NCBI GenBank assembly: GCA_051747805.1
Contig: JBNJGP010000054.1
Location: 1-17,405 of the forward strand
From: Candidatus Muiribacteriota bacterium
GTDB lineage: Bacteria; Muiribacteriota; Muiribacteriia; Muiribacteriales; Muiribacteriaceae
DNA: 17,405 nt
Reading direction: 5' to 3'
Part shown: positions 7,053 through 17,405 of the stretch, piece after piece
How positions within the stretch are numbered: the stretch's first letter is position 1
Layout: each line of letters starts with the position of its first letter
Position numbers and translations under genes: made by a program
The notes under the pieces: generated by a model
What the model was told of the DNA's origin: nothing
Seen by the model: the letters and a program-made list of their open reading frames with translations, nothing else
Database searches by the model: none

Positions 7053-7153
7053 AATACTTGGTCTTTAGGCCATTTACTGTTATCGTTAGATAACTTTACT
7101 ATCACCAATAGGTGATTTTACTTTTTTATCGTAGATAAAAAAAACATCTTACT
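7053..7153. other. Array of short hairpins separated by a conserved (T/A/C)WTACT linker
   Basis: TTTACT at 7073, 7095 and 7117 (22-bp period), AATACT at 7053, CTTACT at 7148; a different inverted repeat lies between each pair of linkers. Confidence 0.6.
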
Positions 7154-7167
7154 GATAAGGTTAAAGT

Positions 7168-10315
<3,148 letters not shown>

Positions 10316-10335
10316 TATTTTATTAAGGAGAAATT

Positions 10336-11040
10336 ATGAATATAGCGGTTGTACTGGCGGGAGGCTCTGGCAGAAGAATGAAAATGAACGGCAGTAAACA
10401 GCTTCTTCCACTTGAAAACAAACCTGTATTTATGCATTCTGTTGAACTGTTTGTGCAAATGGGAGATATTAATCATATAGTTGTTGTGTACAATCCTGAA
10501 TTTGAAAAAGAATTTAAAATTCTTTTAAAAGATAACAGAGAAGTCAGTTTGGTAAAAGGTGGTAAAGAGCGCTGGGAATCTTCTAAAAATGCATTAGAAT
10601 TTATTAAGAAGAAATTTAAAAATTGTTCTTATGTATTAATTCATGATGGGGCCCGCCCATTTTTAAAACCGGAACTTGTTGAAAATATTCTTTATAATAC
10701 TATTAAGTTTGGGGCAGCAATACCTGTTTTACCTGTAAAAGATACAATAAAGTCTGTAAGTAATGGATTTATTAATAAAACCTTAAAAAGAAAAGAACTT
10801 GTTAGAGTACAAACTCCTCAGGGATTTATTTTCAGAAATCTTTATGAAATTTATAATAAAGTTGATTTTTCCAGACTTGAGATTACAGATGACAGCAGTC
10901 TTTTTGAAAATTCTGGTTTCTCAGTAGCTGCTGTAGAAGGTCTTGAAGAAAATATCAAAATAACCACACAATATGACTTGAAGCTGGCAAAAAAAAATAA
11001 TGGATCAGACTGTGCATCACCCGGACAGGAGCAAAAGTAA
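10336..11040 (+). CDS. ispD: 2-C-methyl-D-erythritol 4-phosphate cytidylyltransferase
   Basis: LAGGSGRRM, KQ, GGKERWES, VLIHDGARPF, DTIK, QTPQGF, TDDSS, NIKITT. Confidence 0.95.
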   Translation: MNIAVVLAGGSGRRMKMNGSKQLLPLENKPVFMHSVELFVQMGDINHIVVVYNPEFEKEFKILLKDNREVSLVKGGKERWESSKNALEFIKKKFKNCSYVLIHDGARPFLKPELVENILYNTIKFGAAIPVLPVKDTIKSVSNGFINKTLKRKELVRVQTPQGFIFRNLYEIYNKVDFSRLEITDDSSLFENSGFSVAAVEGLEENIKITTQYDLKLAKKNNGSDCASPGQEQK

Positions 11041-11849
11041 TGATTATAAAAAGTCCCGCAAAAATTAATTTAGCACTTGATATTTTATATAAAAGAAAGG
11101 ACGGTTTTCATGAAATAGATACTATAATGGCAAAAGTTAATTTATTTGATGAAATTGAAATAATGCCTGCCACAGAGCTTGATGTTATATGTAAAGATGT
11201 TTCAATGGAAAACAATTTAGTAACAAAGGCGATAAGAAATTTAGAAAAGATAACAGATATAAAATTTAATAAAAAAATTAAAATTAACAAAAAAATACCA
11301 CAGGGGGCCGGCCTTGCTGGTGGTAGCTCTAATGCTGGTTGTATTTTAAAATATCTGGGAAAAGAGTATAAGATTGATAAAAAATACCTTTTTAAAGCTG
11401 GGGCTTTAACAGGAGCTGATATTAATTTTTTTATTGATGATTTTTCTGTTGCCCGCTGTCTTGGAAAAGGAGAGATTATTATACCGCTTCAAAAGAAAAT
11501 TTCTATGAATCTTATAATAATAAAACCTGAAGATATTTTTTCATCTACGCCGGCAGTATATAAAAACCTTAAATTAGAACAAAATAATAAAAATATTAAT
11601 CAATGTGTATTAAATATTTTAAATGAGGACTGGCATAATCTTAAAAAAAATCTTTTCAATGTACTGGAAAAGCCTGCTTTTGAGTATTATAATGAGTTAG
11701 GAAAAATATTTGCTTTTTACCAGGGTTTTTATGATAATATTAGAATGTCTGGTTCAGGTTCAAGCTTTTTTATATTAGGAAATATTGAAAAAGAATTTTT
11801 TAAAAAAAACCTGAAAAAAATTAAAATTTTTGAAGCAGAACTTTTTTAA
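11040..11849 (+). CDS. ispE: 4-diphosphocytidyl-2-C-methyl-D-erythritol kinase
   Basis: SPAKINLALD, DGFHEI, KKIPQGAGLAGGSSNA, GAD, MSGSGSS; RBS AGGAG at 11027-11031. Confidence 0.95.
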   Translation: MIIKSPAKINLALDILYKRKDGFHEIDTIMAKVNLFDEIEIMPATELDVICKDVSMENNLVTKAIRNLEKITDIKFNKKIKINKKIPQGAGLAGGSSNAGCILKYLGKEYKIDKKYLFKAGALTGADINFFIDDFSVARCLGKGEIIIPLQKKISMNLIIIKPEDIFSSTPAVYKNLKLEQNNKNINQCVLNILNEDWHNLKKNLFNVLEKPAFEYYNELGKIFAFYQGFYDNIRMSGSGSSFFILGNIEKEFFKKNLKKIKIFEAELF

Positions 11850-11890
11850 ATTTAAGAAACTAAATAATGTTTTATATAGAGGAGATTGTT

Positions 11891-13978
11891 ATGAAGCAAA
11901 AAAATATTATGGTATTATTAATACTTCTGTTTTCAGTATTAATTTTTTCTAATATAGAAAGAAAAGCTCAAAGAGAAAAATCTTTTATTGTTGAATTATA
12001 CAGAGAGGGTTTTCATCAGGAAGTTCTTGATGAATTAGCAGATTTTGAGGAGACTTACCAGCAGTTTATGGACGAAGATTTATATTTGATTGCAGCTGAA
12101 AGTCACTATAATCTTCAGAATTTTGATAAGGCAATTTCATACTATAAAGAATGTATTGAAATAACTGATAAATACAAAGAATATGCTACTTATTCACTGG
12201 CCCACACTTTTTTAGAAGAAAATCAGTTTGTTAATGCGCTTAAATATTTTCTTATGTTAGCTGAGGAAGAAGGTGAGTATCAGGAAAAGTCGATTTTATC
12301 TGCTGCAAGAATTTATAATAAAATGCAGCAGGCACAGGAAGCAAAAAAATATTATGAAAAATATATAGATTTGTTTGAAAGTCCACAGGTTTCTGCAATT
12401 ATTGAATATGCAGATGTTACTTTTGATTTAAACAAGAAAAATGAGGCTATGGAGATTATAGAAGATTTTTTAGAAAAAGACTCGGATATTTTATTGCTTC
12501 AGAAGTTAGCTGAATTTAAAAGGCGTACAGATAACTATGACGAGGCAATTGAATTATACAGCAAGTTAACAGAGCTTACCGGGTCAAACGAATATGATTA
12601 TTTCAATGGTATAATTCATTTTAATCAGTCAGAATTTGAAAAGGCGGCAGAATATTTTTCAAAAGTAGTAGATAATCCTGAATATGGTGAGCGGAGTCTT
12701 TTTTATAAAGCACAAAGTATTTATTTGATGATGGATTTTGAGCAATCAATTGAATATTTTAAAAAATTATTTCAGGCAGAAAATGAAGAGATACGCCAAA
12801 AGTCATATTTTTACACTGCTTCTGCCTATAAACATCTTGATGAATATGATAAAGCGCTTGAGCTTTTAACAAAAGAAGATTTTGATTCAGAGGACTTTTT
12901 AGAGCTTAAAAGAGACATATATATTTCTATGGGCGATTATATGAAAGCTGTAGAAGAAATCAGAAAACTTCTCAGGAAAAATATTAATGAGGCCAATAAC
13001 TACTTTCTGGCAGGACAATGCTATTTTAATTTACAAAATTTTGAAAGGGCCGCCCAGAATTTGATTCTTGCCCGAGATCGGGCAGAAACTTCAAGAATTC
13101 GAAATAATGCAATATTTGAACTTGCAAATGTTTATGAAGTTGAGGATAAAAAAGAAAAGGCATTAGAAGAATTGAAAAAAATTCCCCAAGATTCACGACT
13201 TTTCCGTGAATCAAGGTTTAAGTTAATTGATATATACCGTGGTCAAAAGGAATTTGATATGGTTTTTCAGGTTTTAGATGAGTTAAAAGAAACAAAAGAT
13301 GAAGGTTCATATATTAATTTTATTAAGGGTGAAATATATTATGAAGTTGGCGACCATGATAAAGCCCGGACAGAACTTAAAAAAATAAAAAAAGATTCTG
13401 ACCATTATCAACCTGCGATAAAGTTGAGGGCTGAAATATTTCATGAAAATAATAATTTTGAAGAAGCGTATAATTTAATTTCAAAAAATTTAGATGATGT
13501 TTCTGAGGCATATGAAGTTGATTATATTTATATTTTGTCAAAGTCAGCTTTTGAGCTTAAAAAGTATGACGAGGTTATTTCAAAAATTGAAAATATAAGA
13601 GATAGCAGGGAGGATAATTTTAAATTAAAAGATGAAATACGATTTATTCTGGCTCAGGCCTATCTTAAAATAAAAAATCTTTCACAGGCCAGGGCAAATG
13701 CCCTATATGTAGCGGAAGAAAGTGATGACAGAAATCTTCAGATAAAAGCACAGTTTTTCTTAGGTGAAGTATATTTTGAGTTTGAGGAATATAGACAGGC
13801 TGTTTTAGAATATTTAAAATCGGCTCTTCTTGACAGAAATAGCAAGTATGCACCAGAAGCTTATTATATGGCTGCCAGATGTTATGAAAAATTAGGAAGG
13901 GATGAAGACGCTCAAAAAACATATGAAAAAATTATAGAGAATTATCCGGATAGTGAATGGGCACAAAAAAGCAGATAA
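11891..13978 (+). CDS. Exported tetratricopeptide repeat protein
   Basis: Start more likely ATG 11891 (AGGAG at 11880-11884) than 11867. Signal-peptide-like MKQKNIMVLLILLFSVLIFS; many TPR units; C-terminal A..TYEKIIENYPDSEWA resembles CpoB/BamD-type TPR ends. Confidence 0.88.
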   Translation: MKQKNIMVLLILLFSVLIFSNIERKAQREKSFIVELYREGFHQEVLDELADFEETYQQFMDEDLYLIAAESHYNLQNFDKAISYYKECIEITDKYKEYATYSLAHTFLEENQFVNALKYFLMLAEEEGEYQEKSILSAARIYNKMQQAQEAKKYYEKYIDLFESPQVSAIIEYADVTFDLNKKNEAMEIIEDFLEKDSDILLLQKLAEFKRRTDNYDEAIELYSKLTELTGSNEYDYFNGIIHFNQSEFEKAAEYFSKVVDNPEYGERSLFYKAQSIYLMMDFEQSIEYFKKLFQAENEEIRQKSYFYTASAYKHLDEYDKALELLTKEDFDSEDFLELKRDIYISMGDYMKAVEEIRKLLRKNINEANNYFLAGQCYFNLQNFERAAQNLILARDRAETSRIRNNAIFELANVYEVEDKKEKALEELKKIPQDSRLFRESRFKLIDIYRGQKEFDMVFQVLDELKETKDEGSYINFIKGEIYYEVGDHDKARTELKKIKKDSDHYQPAIKLRAEIFHENNNFEEAYNLISKNLDDVSEAYEVDYIYILSKSAFELKKYDEVISKIENIRDSREDNFKLKDEIRFILAQAYLKIKNLSQARANALYVAEESDDRNLQIKAQFFLGEVYFEFEEYRQAVLEYLKSALLDRNSKYAPEAYYMAARCYEKLGRDEDAQKTYEKIIENYPDSEWAQKSR

Positions 13979-13982
13979 CTTT

Positions 13983-16097
13983 ATGTATAAAATTGTTGCG
14001 TATAATAAAAAAATAAAATATGAAAAGTTAAAAGAGTTATTTAAAAACGCAGACACACTATATAAGGTTAGAAATACAATAAAAAAAATTGATTATAAAT
14101 TAAATGGTCATTCTGAAACTCTCTGTGTAAAGAAGTTTAAAAAACTTTCTTTTTTAAAAAGTATAATATTTTTTTTATGCAAAAAAACGTCAAAAGCCAA
14201 AAAAGCATATCATAATGCCCTTTTTTTAAAAAAAAAAGGAGTATCTGTTCCGGAACCTGTAGATTATATTGAAGTTTATAAAAATAATTTGCTGGTTGAA
14301 AGCTATTATATTGATTTATTTAAAAAAAATGTCTCTGATTTAAAAAAGGAAATGATAAATATATTTCGAAATGAACCAGATACCTACAAATTTTTAGCAT
14401 TAATAGAGCCTGTTGCAAAAGAGTTGAAAAAAATGCATGATGCAGGATTTTTACAAAATGATATAGGGGCACAGAATACTTTTATTGAAAGGGTTGATAA
14501 AAATAAGTGGGGAAACGTTTCAATTATTGATTTGAACCGTGGTCAAATTTATTCAAAATTATCACTTAAACAGCGAGCAAAAGATTTATCAAGACTGGAA
14601 ATTCCCTCAGAGTTTAAAAAGATTTTTTTCAGAATGTATTTTGAAAAGGAGAAGTTGCCGCCTCTTTTTGTTAAGTATGAAAATTTTTTTAGAGCTTTAA
14701 GAAAAATTCATACAACATCACATAAACTAAGGCATCCTTTTAAATCTTATCTTAAAAAAGAAAATAAAGTTGAGGGTGAAAAAATTGGATCTCATAAAAA
14801 TTTATGGCTATGGGATGAAAAGTCAGGACAGCCTTCAATTCTTGTATCATCAAAGGAAAGAAAGAAAAGTTTTAATAAAGCAGATATTTTGAAAATGGTT
14901 TTTTTAAATTTATTAAACAGCCCATTTTATTTTTTTAAATATAAAAAATTACGAAAAAGAGTTTTTAAAAATAGAATAAACTTAAAAAATAAAATAGGTG
15001 TTTCTATAGAAGTTAAGGAAGATATTAACGAACGATTAAAAGTTCTTTTTGAGCTTGAGATAAAAGTACCAGTAATGATTAGAGTTTATTTTCATAAAAA
15101 AAACCTTCTTGAAAACGTATATGAAGCAGTTAAAAAATTGCATAAAATGGGTTATGAGGTATCAATTGCAGTTTGTCAGGACAGAAAAGCATGTCTGAAC
15201 CCGGAGGACTGGGATTTATTCCTTGAAAACATTTTTTTAAACCTTAACTCTTATATAAAATTTGCTGAAATAACCCATGCTGTAAATCGTGTTAAGTGGG
15301 GAATATGGAATTTTTATGAATTTAAAAGGCTTTATAAAAACGTTTCAAAAATTAAAAAAAATTATCCTCAAATATATATATTAGGGCCGTCTGTAAACGA
15401 TTTTGAATATTATTATTATGCACCAGCTTTAAATATCAGCGGGGATAAAATTGATGGTTTAAGCTGTCATCTTTATGTCGACCGCAGGGGAGCGCCTGAA
15501 AATTTTCAGGGTAATTTTTCGCTTCTGCAAAAATGTATTGCAGGAAAAGCAATTGCAAATACTTTTTTTATAAAAAATTTTTATATAACAGAAACTAACT
15601 GGCCTTTAAATGAAAGCGGCCCTTATTCGCCTATTGAGGGTCCTTATTCAAACAGTGATTCTTTAGAAAGTCCGCTACATGTTTCAACCGAAATATATGC
15701 CCGGTATATGATAAGATATTTTTTAATATCACTTTGTTCAGGAATGGTTGAAAAAATATGGTGGTGGAGGTTATGCGCTCATGGTTTTGGTATATGCGAC
15801 GATTTAAATAGTATTAAAAAAAGAAAGGCGTTTTATGCTTTAAAAAATTTTTTAAAACAAGTTCAAAACAGTGAGTTTATTAAATATGAAAAAAAATGTG
15901 GTTGTGATATTTATTTTTTTGAAAACTTTTTTATTATTTATAAAGAAAAAGAGCAGAAAATAATTGATTTATTTGAACTCTTAAAAAGTTTAGATGTCCA
16001 TATTCTGGATTTTAAAATCTTTGATTTATATGGAAATAAAATCGCAAAAAACAATAAAATAACAATAAATGGAGAACCTAAAACTATTACTTTTTAA
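13983..16097 (+). CDS. Fusion of a Kdo/WaaP/InaA-like kinase domain and a glycoside hydrolase clan A-like TIM barrel
   Basis: Kinase: VKKF, SKAKKAY, GVSVPEPV, MHDAGFLQNDIGAQN, IIDLNR. Barrel: ILGPS, LSCHLYVD, ITETNWP, YARYMIR, IWWW. Start ATG 13983 preferred over GTG 13953. Confidence 0.75.
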   Translation: MYKIVAYNKKIKYEKLKELFKNADTLYKVRNTIKKIDYKLNGHSETLCVKKFKKLSFLKSIIFFLCKKTSKAKKAYHNALFLKKKGVSVPEPVDYIEVYKNNLLVESYYIDLFKKNVSDLKKEMINIFRNEPDTYKFLALIEPVAKELKKMHDAGFLQNDIGAQNTFIERVDKNKWGNVSIIDLNRGQIYSKLSLKQRAKDLSRLEIPSEFKKIFFRMYFEKEKLPPLFVKYENFFRALRKIHTTSHKLRHPFKSYLKKENKVEGEKIGSHKNLWLWDEKSGQPSILVSSKERKKSFNKADILKMVFLNLLNSPFYFFKYKKLRKRVFKNRINLKNKIGVSIEVKEDINERLKVLFELEIKVPVMIRVYFHKKNLLENVYEAVKKLHKMGYEVSIAVCQDRKACLNPEDWDLFLENIFLNLNSYIKFAEITHAVNRVKWGIWNFYEFKRLYKNVSKIKKNYPQIYILGPSVNDFEYYYYAPALNISGDKIDGLSCHLYVDRRGAPENFQGNFSLLQKCIAGKAIANTFFIKNFYITETNWPLNESGPYSPIEGPYSNSDSLESPLHVSTEIYARYMIRYFLISLCSGMVEKIWWWRLCAHGFGICDDLNSIKKRKAFYALKNFLKQVQNSEFIKYEKKCGCDIYFFENFFIIYKEKEQKIIDLFELLKSLDVHILDFKIFDLYGNKIAKNNKITINGEPKTITF

Positions 16098-16098
16098 C

Positions 16099-16218
16099 TT
16101 GAGTTTAGCAAATTTTCTTAAAAGGCTTTTGTGGTTCAGTCCTACATAAAAGTAAAAAGCTTTCAGCTTAGTAAAATCAACATTTATTTGCTCTTGTTCT
16201 TATTTTTGCTAAACTTAA
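16099..16218. repeat. Intergenic element bounded by 14-bp inverted repeats
   Basis: TTGAGTTTAGCAAA (16099-16112) vs TTTGCTAAACTTAA (16205-16218), 13/14 complementary; spans nearly the whole convergent intergenic gap. Confidence 0.6.
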
Positions 16219-16226
16219 ATTTTTAA

Positions 16227-17174
16227 TTATAAATAATTAAGTATTTCCTTAATCATTAATTTATTTTTTTTTAGGGCTGAATTCTGATAAAGTTTTATTT
16301 TATCTTTCTCATAATTGTTCCAGGTTTTATACTCTTCAAGATTTAGATTATTTAAATTATCTAAATGAATCAGTCTTTTATTACTGTTGAAAACATCATT
16401 TAATAAAAAAGAAATTTTGGGAGTATTTGACTCAAGGGCAATAAAGGGTGTATTGGTTAAAATACACATAGTAACAGTATGAAAACGACCGGTTATTACC
16501 AATTCTTTAGCGCTTATCAGTTTTAAAAATTCTTCAGATGAGTTAAGGGCTTTAAAAAAATTTGAAAATAAAGAAGTGTTAAAATAAGTTTTTTTTAAAA
16601 AAGGAAAATTATTTTTTCTGGCATAGTTTTTTAAAGCTATTTTTATTTTTTTCACAACACTATCTGTGACTATAGAACCATTTCTTTTAGAGCCCGAAGG
16701 GTTATTATTATAAGCCATAGAAAGATCAGGTGCTACTTCTGATGGTATATTAAAGCTGGTTAAGATTTTTTGACTTGCGCTTTCTCTGACGAAAATTTTT
16801 GTAAAATCTTTCAAATTATTATATATAAGTTCTGTATTATTATATAAAGACGAGTTAATTAAAAAACAGGGTTTTTTCAGGACATTTTTTGAATAGGGTC
16901 CTAATTCGGACAATAAATTTGGTTTTGAATTTATTAGTCTTTTATTATCATGAATAGTTCCTTCTCCGTTTATAATAATTCCGTCAATATCATTTGGTAT
17001 TAAATTCAGATTTTTTTTCCAATTTTTTTTTATAGGTAATAAGGTAACAGGCATAATATGATTTGTATTTAATAATTTAATTAAATTTTTCATTACTAAT
17101 TCACAACCATAATGAGATTTAAAACCAAAACATGAGTGATTTCTAGTGTCATTAATTATTGCTACTTTTTTCAT
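16227..17174 (-). CDS. Polysaccharide pyruvyl transferase family protein
   Basis: HYGCELVM, IIINGEGTIH, IFVRESAS, APDLS, ITGRFH, PFIAL, SNTPKI. Start ATG 17174 with GAGGA upstream (17183-17187). Confidence 0.85.
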   Translation of the reverse strand: MKKVAIINDTRNHSCFGFKSHYGCELVMKNLIKLLNTNHIMPVTLLPIKKNWKKNLNLIPNDIDGIIINGEGTIHDNKRLINSKPNLLSELGPYSKNVLKKPCFLINSSLYNNTELIYNNLKDFTKIFVRESASQKILTSFNIPSEVAPDLSMAYNNNPSGSKRNGSIVTDSVVKKIKIALKNYARKNNFPFLKKTYFNTSLFSNFFKALNSSEEFLKLISAKELVITGRFHTVTMCILTNTPFIALESNTPKISFLLNDVFNSNKRLIHLDNLNNLNLEEYKTWNNYEKDKIKLYQNSALKKNKLMIKEILNYL

Positions 17175-17277
17175 AAATATTATCCTCAATCTAAAGAAGT
17201 TCCAATTATATAGACGATACTACTTACAACAGTGAGTATTCTAATTAAATTTTGTAAAAACATCAAATTTTTCTAAG

Positions 17278-17398
17278 CAATTCTCAATGAAAATAGAGAA
17301 AATCCTTGATTTGATGGGGTCAGTGCCGACAGCACTTTGCGAAAAAGCAAAGTGTGTAGGCCTGACCACTAAAGGATTTTCGGCTAAATTGAGAATTG
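17278..17398. other. Long imperfect hairpin (ncRNA or palindromic mobile repeat)
   Basis: Nested arms 17278-17288/17388-17398 (11 bp), 17298-17307/17372-17381 (10 bp), 17318-17323/17362-17367 (6 bp), 17333-17340/17347-17354 (8 bp), loop GAAAAA. Confidence 0.75.
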
Positions 17399-17405
17399 GT
17401 GATTT

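Noticed and set aside
7100..7116. TATCACC half-site resembling lambda operators as a target of the CI-like protein
   Set aside because: A short match 5 kb from the regulator with no supporting similarity; better explained as one module of the hairpin array.
10989..11040. Frameshift at the A9 tract producing an IspD-IspE fusion
   Set aside because: The ispE frame has TAA at 10998-11000 right after the tract, the other frame ends shortly inside ispE, and ispE has its own AGGAG RBS. An indel would only change the IspD tail (A8 would give a more typical LAKKIM end).

Overview
Very AT-rich bacterial chromosomal segment. It opens at what looks like the end of a surface-glycan locus: a stand-alone GIY-YIG nuclease gene bracketed by two identical palindrome-containing repeats, then a NeuB-family nonulosonic acid synthase and a nested simple-repeat tract. 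Next come an XRE/LexA-CI-like regulator whose autocleavage residues appear lost, a secreted hypothetical protein, phosphomannomutase, a NfeD-SPFH pair, and a hairpin-rich 384-bp intergenic region. A tightly packed + strand run follows (MFS, ligA, ispD, ispE, exported TPR protein, Kdo/WaaP-like kinase fused to a GH-A-like barrel), then a convergent polysaccharide pyruvyl transferase and a ~120-nt hairpin at the right edge. Best candidates for something new: (1) a REP/REPIN-like repeat family tied to a GIY-YIG nuclease rather than an HUH (RAYT) transposase, with a dispersed third copy showing a compensatory base-pair change; (2) an array of different hairpins joined by a conserved TTTACT linker upstream of the MFS gene; (3) the kinase/pseudo-glycosidase fusion; (4) the apparently non-cleavable LexA-like regulator. 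All calls come from motif recognition by eye; no searches were run.
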